Source: Gammaproteobacteria bacterium (GTDB lineage Bacteria; Pseudomonadota; Gammaproteobacteria; Burkholderiales; SG8-39). From it: a stretch of DNA of 55,236 nucleotides. Positions 1 to 11,343 of the stretch are shown piece by piece (the first letter of the stretch is position 1; each line of letters begins with the position of its first letter). Below the pieces are notes generated by a model. It made no database searches, had not been told where the DNA came from, and worked only from the letters and a program-made list of their open reading frames with translations. The position numbers were made by a program, and so were the translations under genes. The stretch is taken from NCBI GenBank assembly GCA_041499655.1, contig JBGQKQ010000003.1:1-55236 (forward strand), written 5' to 3'.

Positions 1-942
1 GGTGTTGTGCAGCATGTAAAAGGAGAAGCCCAGGCCGATGGTGCAGGCGATGAACACGCCCCAGAGCGGGGTCAGCATGGCGAGGGAGTAGCAGGCAAAG
101 CTGGCCGCGCCCCCGCCCAGAACCAGACCGCGCTGGCCGAGCTCCATCAGCAGCCGCCGGACCATCAGCGTGTAGAGCACGCCGCCGGCGCCAAAGCCGG
201 CGAGGATCACGCCGATCAGGGTGAGGGAGAGGCCGAAGCGCAGGCTCAGATACGCTCCGAGAAACGAGAAAGCGCCGAAGAAAATGAACGTCTCGATGAA
301 CCCGACCGCCACCACATGGCGCACGCGCGAGGACTCGAGCAGCCGCAGATGCGTCGCGAACGGATGACCGGGAAACGCCCTGCCCTTTTCCTGTGACCAT
401 TGCGCGCGGGTGCGCACCAGCAGGATCGCGCACACCACGGCGTAGACGCCCCCGATGAACGCGAAGGTCCCGCGCCAGTCGAGCAGATCGGTCACCGCGC
501 CGCCCACCGCCGGCCCGAGCGCCTGCCCGCTGATCGTGCCGATGATGAAGCGCGCAATCACCGGCTGCCGCTCGGCCGCCGGAACGCGGTCGCCGATATA
601 AGCCATGCCGAGCATCACCGGCGTCGAGGCGAACAGGCCGGTAAGGAACCGCGTCGCGGCGAGCGTCCCGAGGTCGGGCGCGAGCGCGCAGGCGAAGCAG
701 CCGAGCGCCGCCCCGGCGAGCGAGAACGTCACCACGCGCAGCTTGCCGAAGCGATCCCCTAGCGGCCCGTAGACAAGCTGCGACCCGGCGTAGGCAAAGG
801 CGTACGCGGAGATGATGGTCGCGGTCGAGGAAACGCTCGCCCCGAATTCCGAGGCGAGGCGCGGCAGCATGGGCTCGACCGCGCGAAGCGCAATGCCGCC
901 GTTGGCGCTGGCCAGCGCCAGGAGGAAAATGATTTCCCTCAT
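1..942 (-). CDS. MFS transporter (runs off window edge)
   Basis: My translation from ATG 942: MREIIFLLALASANGGIALRAVEPMLPRLASEFGAS...YGPLGDRFGKLRVV (MFS motif A); hydrophobic; absent from the ORF track because it is open at the edge. Confidence 0.85.
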   Translation of the reverse strand, partial: MREIIFLLALASANGGIALRAVEPMLPRLASEFGASVSSTATIISAYAFAYAGSQLVYGPLGDRFGKLRVVTFSLAGAALGCFACALAPDLGTLAATRFLTGLFASTPVMLGMAYIGDRVPAAERQPVIARFIIGTISGQALGPAVGGAVTDLLDWRGTFAFIGGVYAVVCAILLVRTRAQWSQEKGRAFPGHPFATHLRLLESSRVRHVVAVGFIETFIFFGAFSFLGAYLSLRFGLSLTLIGVILAGFGAGGVLYTLMVRRLLMELGQRGLVLGGGAASFACYSLAMLTPLWGVFIACTIGLGFSFYMLHNT

Positions 943-959
943 GGCTGCTCAGCCGGCGC

Positions 960-1913
960 TCAGTTCACCGTCGCTCCGGATTCGCGCACGACCTTGCCCC
1001 ACTTGTCGTAGTCGGCCTTGAGGTAGGCCCCGAACTGCTCGGGCGTGTCCGGGTCCGGCTCCATCCCGGTCGGCGCCAGGAGCTTGCGCACTTCGTCCGC
1101 GCGCACCAGCTTCCCGATCTCGCCGTTGATCTTGGCGACGATTTCGTTCGGCGTGCCGGCCGGGGCCAGCATGCCGATCCACACCGTGGCCTCGTAGCCG
1201 GGCACGCCCGCCTCCGCGATGGTCGGCACGTCGGGCATTTCCGGCGAGCGCTTGGCCGTGCTCACACCCAGGGCGTTCAGCCTTCCGGTTTTCATGTGCG
1301 GGATCGCGATCGGGGTTCCGACGAAGCTCACCTTGATGATCCCCGCAATCAGATCCTGCTGCGCGGGACCGCTGCCCTTGTAGGGCACGTGGTTGAGCCT
1401 GATCCCCGCCATGTACATGAACAGCTCAGTGACCAGGTGCTGCGCTCCGCCGTTACCCGAGCTCGCGAAATCGATCTTGCCGGGCTGCTTCTTCGCGAGC
1501 GCGATCAGTTCCTTTACCGAGTGCACCCCAAGCGAAGGATGCACGACCAGGACGTATGGCCCGGTGGCGATGCGGATCACCGGCGCAAAATCGGTGAGCG
1601 CGTTGTACGGCATGTTCTTGTACACGTGCGGAGCGATCACGAACGGGCTCGCAGTCAGCAGCAGGGTGTAGCCGTCGGGCTTGGACTTGGCGACGAAGTC
1701 CGAGCCGATCATGCCTCCGGCGCCGGCCCGGTTCTCGACGAAGAACTGCTGCCCGAGCGTCTCGGAGAGCTTCTGGGCGATCATGCGCCCGGGCACGTCG
1801 GTCGTGCCTCCCGGCGAGAGCGGGATGACGATGCGCACCGGGTGGGCCGGATAGCCTTGTGCCGCCGCGGTCGAGGCGAGGAGTGCGAAAAGCAATGCAG
1901 CGAACGTGCGCAT
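960..1913 (-). CDS. Bug/TctC tripartite tricarboxylate transporter substrate-binding protein
   Basis: Signal peptide; PGGTTD, ENRAGAGG, PDGYTLL and VPYKGSGP motifs. Confidence 0.95.
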   Translation of the reverse strand: MRTFAALLFALLASTAAAQGYPAHPVRIVIPLSPGGTTDVPGRMIAQKLSETLGQQFFVENRAGAGGMIGSDFVAKSKPDGYTLLLTASPFVIAPHVYKNMPYNALTDFAPVIRIATGPYVLVVHPSLGVHSVKELIALAKKQPGKIDFASSGNGGAQHLVTELFMYMAGIRLNHVPYKGSGPAQQDLIAGIIKVSFVGTPIAIPHMKTGRLNALGVSTAKRSPEMPDVPTIAEAGVPGYEATVWIGMLAPAGTPNEIVAKINGEIGKLVRADEVRKLLAPTGMEPDPDTPEQFGAYLKADYDKWGKVVRESGATVN

Positions 1914-1917
1914 GAAG

Positions 1918-2847
1918 CTAGCCTCCGTAAAGGGGTTCGGGTTGCGAGAAGAACGAATGCAGGATGTGATAGACCATGAGGTAGTTCTTCTGCTGGAAAC
2001 TCGCGTGAGAGATGCCGGCCATCACCGTGAACTGCTTGTCCGGATTCGGCAGCCGCTTGAAGAACTCGACGAGGTCGTCGACGCCCGCGATACCGTCCCA
2101 TTGCCCGCGCATGATGATCGTCGGCGCAGCGATCTTCGCCGGGTCGACGATCGGCAGCCTGGAGCACATGTCGACGTAGGTCCCGGTGGGCACCGAATCG
2201 TCGAGCGCCACGATGGCATCGGCGAAAGCGTCGATGGTGGCTTTGTCGGCCGTACCGGGGTGGTCGCGTTCGAATATGCTGTGCACGAAGGCGCGGTCGA
2301 TGGGCCTACGGTTCTTCGAGGAGAACTCGGGGAGCTTCTTCTTCCTCTCGGCCAGCGTCGGGCTGCCCTCGCCCGTCCACACGAACGCGTCCAGGGCGAG
2401 CCGCGCAACGCGCTCCGGATGCCGCTGGGCGAACAGCGCCGCCCGCAAGGCGCCCGAGGAAATGCCGTAGATCAGGAGCTTCTTCGCGCCGGTCGTCTTC
2501 AGTATGTAGTCCGTGCCGGCGGCGAGATCGTCCGCGCCGTTGGAAATATCGCAGTTGATCGGGCGCGACTTGTCCGAGCGCCCGTAGCCCTCGTGGTCCA
2601 TGGTCCAGGTGTCGAAATCGCGCGCGGCGAACCAGTCCATCACCGACGAATCCGGGCGCCCCGGAACCTTGAGATCGAAGGTCGGCTGCGAAGCCATGGA
2701 CGACCCGTGCACGAACAGCACGGTGCCCAGCTTTGGCCCACTCGAGGCCTGGGGCTTTTGCCAGAGGAAGAGCTTCGCTCCCTTCTTGTCCGTCCAGTGT
2801 TCCTTGCCCGAAACCGCGGCGCGCGCCGCCGATGCCGCCTGGTTCAC
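1918..2847 (-). CDS. alpha/beta-fold hydrolase
   Basis: LFVHGS, DHEGYGRS, GISSG nucleophile elbow, C-terminal His (ISHA). Confidence 0.85.
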   Translation of the reverse strand: MNQAASAARAAVSGKEHWTDKKGAKLFLWQKPQASSGPKLGTVLFVHGSSMASQPTFDLKVPGRPDSSVMDWFAARDFDTWTMDHEGYGRSDKSRPINCDISNGADDLAAGTDYILKTTGAKKLLIYGISSGALRAALFAQRHPERVARLALDAFVWTGEGSPTLAERKKKLPEFSSKNRRPIDRAFVHSIFERDHPGTADKATIDAFADAIVALDDSVPTGTYVDMCSRLPIVDPAKIAAPTIIMRGQWDGIAGVDDLVEFFKRLPNPDKQFTVMAGISHASFQQKNYLMVYHILHSFFSQPEPLYGG

Positions 2848-2884
2848 GTCGACCTCACCACTTGGGAAAGACCGGGATTTTAGC

Positions 2885-3769
2885 TCAGGAGCAGTCGAAC
2901 AGGACCAGCTCGACGGCCTTGTCGGTAGAAATGCCCAGGGCGATCTTGCCCCTGCCGCGCAGCATGACGCTGTCGCGGCGTAGCATCATCTCGCGCTCGC
3001 CTTCGATCGCGACGTAGGTGCCGTTGGTGGACTCGTCGACCAGCACGTATTGCACGCCGCGGCGCTCGATGCGCGCGTGCCGGCGCGAGGCGGTCTTCTC
3101 CTGGACGACGACGTCGCAGGTGTTCTCGCGGCCGAATACCAGGACCGACTTGTCCAGAGGGAAGCCCATGGTGCCCTCGCCGACCTCCAGTGTCAGCTTC
3201 GCCTGGACGTTGGCGCTGGAGGCGAGCCCCGCGAACTGTGTCGCGTCCTCCGGGTCTCCCCACATCAACTCGAACACGCGCACCGCGTCGTGCTTGCCCT
3301 TCACCGAGATCGCGTCCAGGTCGCGCAGGTTGCTGCGCTGGATTCCCGGCAGCGCGTTCGCCGTGGCGCCGGTGGTGAGGATCTGGCCCGCCTTCGCGAG
3401 GCCGGCAAGGCGCGCCGCGGTGTTGACCCCGTCCCCCCAGAAATCGCCCTTGTCCTCGAGCACCAGGCCGAAGTGAAAGCCGATGCGGATGGCGAGCTTC
3501 GCGCCCGCGGTCGGCGGGAGCGCGGTCATGGCCTGCTGCATCTCGCGGGCGGCTTCGCACGCGGCTTCGGGGTTGTTGAACACCACCATCAGCTCGTCGC
3601 CGATCGTCTTCACCACCAGCCCGTCGCGCCTCGCGATGACTTCCTTGAGCACGCCGAGGCAAGCGTCGATCGCCTTGGCGGCGGGCTTGTCGCCGAGGAG
3701 TTCATAGAGCGCCGTGCTGCCGCTGACGTCGGCGAACAGGATGGCGCGCTCCTTGGACATCAGAGTCAT
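2885..3769 (-). CDS. class III adenylate/guanylate cyclase with C-terminal FHA domain
   Basis: ILFADVSGST, KTIGDELM, GDGVNTAARL; FHA motifs GR, SRRHA, STNGTYV. Confidence 0.9.
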   Translation of the reverse strand: MTLMSKERAILFADVSGSTALYELLGDKPAAKAIDACLGVLKEVIARRDGLVVKTIGDELMVVFNNPEAACEAAREMQQAMTALPPTAGAKLAIRIGFHFGLVLEDKGDFWGDGVNTAARLAGLAKAGQILTTGATANALPGIQRSNLRDLDAISVKGKHDAVRVFELMWGDPEDATQFAGLASSANVQAKLTLEVGEGTMGFPLDKSVLVFGRENTCDVVVQEKTASRRHARIERRGVQYVLVDESTNGTYVAIEGEREMMLRRDSVMLRGRGKIALGISTDKAVELVLFDCS

Positions 3770-3891
3770 GGCGGCGGGCCGTCTTTCGTTCTCGGCTCGC
3801 GCCGGGGAGCATGGGCCGTGGGCATTTTGGTAAAGTATCCCTTATTTTCCGGGGCCTGCCTACGGCCCGAGTCCCACCTGCGGAGCAATCC

Positions 3892-5882
<1,991 letters not shown>

Positions 5883-5886
5883 AAGC

Positions 5887-6966
5887 GTGATCTCGCCCCG
5901 CGTCGACGAGCACCGCTTAGCAGCAACCCGCGCCGGGCTTAATTACGTCACGGACGGCTTGGCCGGCATCCGGCGCGAGCGCAACGGCAAGGGCTGGAGC
6001 TACTACGCGCCCCACGGCGAGCTCATCACCGATCCCGCCGAGAGGAAGCGCATCCGGGCGCTCGTGATCCCGCCCGCCTGGACCGACGTGTGGATCTGCC
6101 CCGACCCCAGCGGGCACATCCAGGCGACCGCGCGCGACGCCCGCGGGCGCAAGCAGTACCGCTATCACCCGCTGTATCGCGATACGCGCGACAAGTCGAA
6201 ATTCCGCCGCATGCTCAAGTTCAGCGAGATCCTTCCCGAGATCCGCGAGCGCGTCGAACGCGACCTACGCGCCCGCGACCTCACGCGCCGGCAGATCCTG
6301 GCGACCGTGGTGATGCTGCTCGACAAGACCCTCATCCGCGTCGGCAACGACGAGTACGCGCGCGACAATCGCTCGTTCGGCCTCACGACCCTGCGCGGGC
6401 GGCACGTCGAGGTGAAGGGCGCGAAGCTGCATTTTTCGTTTCGCGGCAAGAGCGGAGTCGAGCACGCCATATCGATCACCGATCGCAAGCTCGCGCGCAT
6501 CGTGCAGCAGTGCCAGGATTTGCCGGGGTACGAGCTGTTCAAGTACATCGACGAGTCGGGCAAGCGCCAGACGATCTCGTCGGACGACGTCAACGCGTAT
6601 CTGCGCGAAATCACCGGCCGCGACATCACCGCCAAGGACTTCCGCACCTGGGCGGGGACCATGCTCGCGGCGCGCGAGCTGTTCGCGCTCGGGCCGGCGA
6701 AAAGCCAGCGCGAGGCGGAACGCAACATGATCCGCGCCATCGACGCCGTGGCGAAGCGCCTCGGCAATACGCGCGCGGTGTGCCGGAAGTACTACGTGCA
6801 CCCCGGCCTGGTGCGCACGTATCTCCAGGGCCTCACCGCACCCCTCGGCCCGCAACCGCTCGCGAAGCAGGCCCGCAAGAAGACACCCACTGCGGCTCTG
6901 CGCCGGGACGAAGTCGCGGTACTGCAGTTCCTGCAGGAAGACGCGGCCGAAGGGGAATCTTCATGA
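5887..6966 (+). CDS. DNA topoisomerase IB (bacterial, poxvirus-like)
   Basis: IPPAWTDVWIC, DARGRKQYRY, IRVGN, FRGKSG, KDFRTW, LGNT...RKYYVHP (catalytic Tyr). Confidence 0.95.
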   Translation: MISPRVDEHRLAATRAGLNYVTDGLAGIRRERNGKGWSYYAPHGELITDPAERKRIRALVIPPAWTDVWICPDPSGHIQATARDARGRKQYRYHPLYRDTRDKSKFRRMLKFSEILPEIRERVERDLRARDLTRRQILATVVMLLDKTLIRVGNDEYARDNRSFGLTTLRGRHVEVKGAKLHFSFRGKSGVEHAISITDRKLARIVQQCQDLPGYELFKYIDESGKRQTISSDDVNAYLREITGRDITAKDFRTWAGTMLAARELFALGPAKSQREAERNMIRAIDAVAKRLGNTRAVCRKYYVHPGLVRTYLQGLTAPLGPQPLAKQARKKTPTAALRRDEVAVLQFLQEDAAEGESS

Positions 6967-7211
6967 AGATCAATGGCGGTTGTCATTGCGGCTCGATTAC
7001 CTACGAAGCGGAGGTCGGTGCCGATAGGGTCTCCATCTGCGACTGCACCGATTGCCAGACATTGTCCGACTCCGCCTTTCGCGTTGTCGTTCCTGCGAAA
7101 CAACACGCTTTCAAATTGCTTACAGGCGAGCCGAGCTGCTGGCGAAAGTGCAGATCTGGTGCCGATCGGCGCTACCGTGGACAATGCACATCGAACCCAT
7201 CACCCAGCTAG
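6963..7211 (+). pseudogene. truncated GFA/Mss4-like family protein
   Basis: MKINGGCHCGSITYE...ICDCTDCQTLS then loss of similarity; the C-terminal FCxxCG half is missing. Confidence 0.7.
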
Positions 7212-7229
7212 CCAAACAGAACTTCCGAC

Positions 7230-7310
7230 ATGAAACCCGGATTCGCCGAAAGCTTCGCCAGGGAGTGGATCGCCGCGTGGAACTCGCAAGTCCTGGTCCT
7301 GCCCCGCTGA
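7230..7310 (+). pseudogene. N-terminal fragment of a SnoaL/NTF2-like protein
   Basis: My translation: MKPGFAESFAREWIAAWNSQVLVLPR*; resembles FAxxWIAAWNSHD starts of SnoaL-like proteins but stops after 26 aa. Confidence 0.5.
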
Positions 7311-7324
7311 CCTCCGCCCGCCCG

Positions 7325-7855
7325 ATGCGAGTCTTCCCTGTTGTCTCGAGCGTCATGAGCCTCGCGTTCGGCCTTGTCCTGATGTTCTGGCTTGAACCTT
7401 CGTTTCTGCTGGAGCTGCGGATCGCGGCCTTCAGCTCCGTGTGGCCAGCGACCATGGGGACCCTGCAGGAAATTCGACGCCTGCCCTTCGGCGATCGCCG
7501 CGAAGGTGCGATGCGCTTTGCTTCGGTCACGTTCGGATACACCGTTTCGGGGCGAAAGTACGCCCGTTCGCAGATTCTTTGCAGATGCCGGAGCGCCTCG
7601 GCTACGGAAAATATATTGCGCAATTTCTCGACGGGAGTTCCCGTCCCGGTCTTCTACGACCCGGTCAGGCCGTCATTGTCGGTGGTCCAGCCGAGAGGCT
7701 TCGACGCTGCGTTCCTCACGGAATGGAGCCTGAAGCTGGTATCCGTTCTCCTGTTCGTCGCGGTCATACCGATCGCGCTCTGGGCGCTGAGATCCGGAAG
7801 AGAGTCCCCTCCGGACGCGAGAGCGCCTCGCCGCACCCGGCCATCGCAGCCTTGA
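7325..7855 (+). CDS. DUF3592-like membrane protein
   Basis: TM, WPATMG, FGYTVSGRKY, VPVFYDPVRPSLSVV, TM. Confidence 0.7.
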   Translation: MRVFPVVSSVMSLAFGLVLMFWLEPSFLLELRIAAFSSVWPATMGTLQEIRRLPFGDRREGAMRFASVTFGYTVSGRKYARSQILCRCRSASATENILRNFSTGVPVPVFYDPVRPSLSVVQPRGFDAAFLTEWSLKLVSVLLFVAVIPIALWALRSGRESPPDARAPRRTRPSQP

Positions 7856-7872
7856 CCTATAAGGAGCAAAAA

Positions 7873-8862
7873 ATGAAAAACATCCTGTGGCTCGCTCTGA
7901 TGCTTCTCGTCCCCTCGGCCGCCTTCGCCGACAAGAGCTTCGTCGTTGCCCCGGACGACCCGGCGTGCCGTTCGCGCACACCCGCGGCGATCGGCGGACC
8001 GATGCCGCCGGAAGGGATTCTCGCGATCCGCTGGCTCGGCACGACCAACTTCGAGATCGCCTACGGCGGGCAGGTACTCCTGCTCGACGCCTACTACGAC
8101 CGCGGACCGCGCAACCGCCCGATCGGTTTCGGGCCGAAGGACGTGAAGCGCGCGGACGCCATTTTCGTCGGCCACGCGCATTTCGATCACATGTCCGACG
8201 CGGCGTCGGTCGGGACTCAGACCGGAGCCCAGGTGATCGGTGCGCCCACGGTGACCGACACGGCGATCTCGCTGGGCCTGCCGGCCAGGCAGGCGACGAC
8301 CGTGCGCGGCGGCGAGGTGCTGAAGTACAAGGGATTCACGGTGGAGGCGATTCTCGCGCGCCATAGCACCCTGGCCCCCGAAGTGCTCGACGCTTTCCGC
8401 AAGGCGATTGCTGCGGCGGCGGGAGCACCGACCAGCGAGGAAGCTGCGGCCGAGGCCGCGATCCTGAAGCGCGGCACCTTCGATCCCAAGGTCATCACCG
8501 AGGGAACGATCGCCTACCTGTTCACCTTCGACAACGGCTTCCGGCTGATCTTCAGGAACAGCGCCGGACCGATCACCGACGCCGAAAGGGCCGTCGTGAA
8601 GCGCATCGGCGGGAAGACCGATGTGGCCATCGTCGGCTACATCGGCCAGTACATCGCCAAGCGCCAGATCGCCGCGACCCTGCCCATCATCCAGCTCTAC
8701 AATCCGCGCCTGTATCTGCCCGCGCACCACGACGAGATCGCCGGGACCTTCGTCGATATCGGGCTGGAGCCGCTCTTCATGGCGATCCAGGAGCAGCTGC
8801 CGGAAACGGGCTTCCTGTCTCCCCTGTACCGCGAGCCGGTGTGCCTGGACATCCGTAGATGA
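7873..8862 (+). CDS. secreted MBL-fold metallo-hydrolase
   Basis: AAGGAG SD; signal peptide; HAHFDH motif; PAHHD. Confidence 0.88.
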   Translation: MKNILWLALMLLVPSAAFADKSFVVAPDDPACRSRTPAAIGGPMPPEGILAIRWLGTTNFEIAYGGQVLLLDAYYDRGPRNRPIGFGPKDVKRADAIFVGHAHFDHMSDAASVGTQTGAQVIGAPTVTDTAISLGLPARQATTVRGGEVLKYKGFTVEAILARHSTLAPEVLDAFRKAIAAAAGAPTSEEAAAEAAILKRGTFDPKVITEGTIAYLFTFDNGFRLIFRNSAGPITDAERAVVKRIGGKTDVAIVGYIGQYIAKRQIAATLPIIQLYNPRLYLPAHHDEIAGTFVDIGLEPLFMAIQEQLPETGFLSPLYREPVCLDIRR

Positions 8863-9854
8863 TGCAAACGCGGCTTCTCTGGGCACTCGGCGTCGGCGCT
8901 ATCCTCGCCGCAGCGAGCTACGCCGCATTCCAGCTCAGCCCCTGGCCGTCGGCGCTGGTCATACGCGCGGCCTTCGACAAGGGCGCGAACACGGCCTCCC
9001 AGGCGCTCGCCAAGCACGTACCGCCGGGCGTCACGGCGCGGCTCAACGAGCGCTACGATGTTGCGGACCCCGACGCGAGCCTCGATGTCTTCTATCCGTC
9101 GGAAATCGAGAACGGCGAGCGGGCGCTGACCACCGTCGTCTGGGTGCACGGCGGCGGCTGGATTTCTGGAAGCAAGAACCAGATCGCGAACTACGCGAAG
9201 ATCCTCGCCGGCAACGGTTACACGGTCGCCGGCGTCGACTACTCCGTGGCACCGGGCAAGACCTATCCCACGCCCTTGCGGCAGGTGAACGCCGCGCTCG
9301 CCTATCTGCAGCGCAATGCGAAGCGGCTGCACGTCGACGCCTCCCGCTTCGTGCTCGCCGGTGACTCGGGCGGAGCACACATCGCGGCACAGGTGGCGAA
9401 CCTCGTGAGCTCACCCGCGTACGCCACCGCCCTGGGCATCGCGCCGTCGATCAGGCGGCCGCAGCTTCGCGGCGTGATCCTGTACTGCGGAGGCTACGAT
9501 TTCTGGAAAATCGATTTCGACGGCCCGTTCGGCGAGTTCATGCATATGGCGCTCTGGTCGTACTTCGGCCGGAAGGACTTTCCCGACCACCCGCTTTTCG
9601 CTACCGCCTCGGTGAGCGGCTACCTGACCGCGGATTTCCCGCCGGCCTTCATTTCGGTCGGAAACGCCGACCCACTCGCGCCGCAGTCGCGCGCCCTGGC
9701 GGTGGCCCTCGCCGCGCGCGGCGTTCGCATCGACAGCCTGTTCTTCCCGGACGACTACGCGCCCGCGCTGGCGCACGAGTATCAGTTCAATCTGGACATC
9801 CCCGCCGGGCAGCTCGCCCTGGAGCGATCGCTCAAGTTCCTCGCTGAACGGTGA
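8859..9854 (+). CDS. HSL-like esterase/lipase
   Basis: HGGGW oxyanion motif, GDSGG, HEYQF. Confidence 0.9.
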   Translation: MMQTRLLWALGVGAILAAASYAAFQLSPWPSALVIRAAFDKGANTASQALAKHVPPGVTARLNERYDVADPDASLDVFYPSEIENGERALTTVVWVHGGGWISGSKNQIANYAKILAGNGYTVAGVDYSVAPGKTYPTPLRQVNAALAYLQRNAKRLHVDASRFVLAGDSGGAHIAAQVANLVSSPAYATALGIAPSIRRPQLRGVILYCGGYDFWKIDFDGPFGEFMHMALWSYFGRKDFPDHPLFATASVSGYLTADFPPAFISVGNADPLAPQSRALAVALAARGVRIDSLFFPDDYAPALAHEYQFNLDIPAGQLALERSLKFLAER

Positions 9855-10576
9855 TGAACTCCGCCGTCGCCGCCAGACCGGCTTCGGGAGTACCCGCGGC
9901 AGACATGCTCCTCATCGTCGCAACGTTCGCGATCGGCCTGTTTGTCGACGCGCGGACCGACATCGCCGGGCAGGCCGCGCTTAGTGCCGCCGTCTGGCTG
10001 GTACTGTTCTACGTCCTGAGAAGGGTGGCGGGCGAGGAGCGCCACGCGCTGATGATCTGCCTGCTGATCGCAACGACCGGGGAAGTGATCCTGTCCCTCG
10101 GTTGGGGCCTTTATACATACCGCCTGGGCAACATTCCCCTGTTCGTTCCACCTGGGCACGTCCTGATGCTGCTGCTCGGCCTCTCGCTCGCGCGCGTCAT
10201 GTCGCAGGCGGTGGCGTACGCGATCCTCGGCTGCGCGGCCCTGTACTCGCTCGCCGCCGCAGCCGCGGGCGTCGATACGCTAGGCGCGACCCTCTTCCTG
10301 ATTCTCGGCGTGTCGGCACTGGGCATGCCGAGCCAGCGGCGCCTCTACGCGAGCACCTTCGTGCTGTCGCTGCTGCTCGAGCTCTACGGTACGTGGCTGG
10401 GAAACTGGACCTGGACGCGCGAGGTTCCGGCAACGGCGCTCGTCACCACCAATCCGCCGGGCGTAGTCGGATCCTTCTACTGCGCACTCGATGCGGCGGT
10501 CGGCGCGGTGTCGATGCTCCTCGCGCGAACCTGGAGCACCCGGGCCGCGCAAAGCCCGCGGAAAGACCGGTTTTGA
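9851..10576 (+). CDS. hypothetical polytopic membrane protein
   Basis: Multiple TM segments; YTYRLGNIPLFVPPGH; overlaps the upstream stop. Confidence 0.7.
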   Translation: MMNSAVAARPASGVPAADMLLIVATFAIGLFVDARTDIAGQAALSAAVWLVLFYVLRRVAGEERHALMICLLIATTGEVILSLGWGLYTYRLGNIPLFVPPGHVLMLLLGLSLARVMSQAVAYAILGCAALYSLAAAAAGVDTLGATLFLILGVSALGMPSQRRLYASTFVLSLLLELYGTWLGNWTWTREVPATALVTTNPPGVVGSFYCALDAAVGAVSMLLARTWSTRAAQSPRKDRF

Positions 10577-10586
10577 TCTGGATCAA
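10573..10586. promoter_or_regulatory. FNR/Anr-type binding site
   Basis: Perfect TTGAT-CTGG-ATCAA upstream of the cytochrome c5 gene. Confidence 0.75.
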
Positions 10587-10652
10587 AGGCGGCCCTTGCC
10601 CCCGGACTAGCCTGTGATCCAGTACCATCTTGCATTTCACACACGGGTCAAC

Positions 10653-11312
10653 ATGATCAATACCGCCGCTCATCCGCCCCGCCGACCGATCCTTGAAAAC
10701 GCCGGACCGCTGGTTGCGATCTCGCTGCTCGTCTTCATGGCCGCGACCTCGCCGCAGGCAGCTCGCGCCCAGAGCACCTCGCTGAGCGGCAAGGAAGTGG
10801 TCGACGCGGTCTGCTCCAATTGCCACGCCTCGGGCGCCAAGGGCGCCCCACGGATCGGCGACCAGCAGGCCTGGAGCAAGCGCGAGTCGCGCGGCCTTTC
10901 CGGCCTGACGGCGAACGCGCTCAAGGGCATCCGCCAGATGCCCTCCCACGGCGGCAACCAGAGCCTTTCGGACCTGGAAATCAAGCGCGCCATCACCTAC
11001 ATGGTCAACCAGTCCGGCGGAAAGTGGACGGAACCGGTCGACAAGAAGTCGCTGCCCGCGCCGCGGACCGGCGAGCAAATCGTGAAAGCACAGTGCATCA
11101 AGTGCCACGAGACCGGCAAGGGCGGCGCCCCGAAGATCGGCGACCGGGACGCCTGGATTCCGCGGCTCAAGGACGGGCTGGACAACACGGTTCGCTCCGC
11201 GATCAACGGGCACGGAGGCATGCCGGCCCGCGGCGGCATGGCCAACCTCACGGATTCCGAGATGCGCAGCGCCGTGATCTACCTGTTCAGGGGTCCGGAC
11301 TCGGCCAAGTAA
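10653..11312 (+). CDS. di-haem cytochrome c5 family protein
   Basis: CSNCH and CIKCH; two c5 domains with GAP(R/K)IGD..AW and MPxxGG; start approximate. Confidence 0.92.
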   Translation: MINTAAHPPRRPILENAGPLVAISLLVFMAATSPQAARAQSTSLSGKEVVDAVCSNCHASGAKGAPRIGDQQAWSKRESRGLSGLTANALKGIRQMPSHGGNQSLSDLEIKRAITYMVNQSGGKWTEPVDKKSLPAPRTGEQIVKAQCIKCHETGKGGAPKIGDRDAWIPRLKDGLDNTVRSAINGHGGMPARGGMANLTDSEMRSAVIYLFRGPDSAK

Positions 11313-11343
11313 TGCGTTGTAATGCGACGAAGGGCGTGCGGAG

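Noticed and set aside
5887-6966. Tyrosine integrase marking a mobile element
   Set aside because: Motifs match topoisomerase IB; no att sites or tRNA nearby
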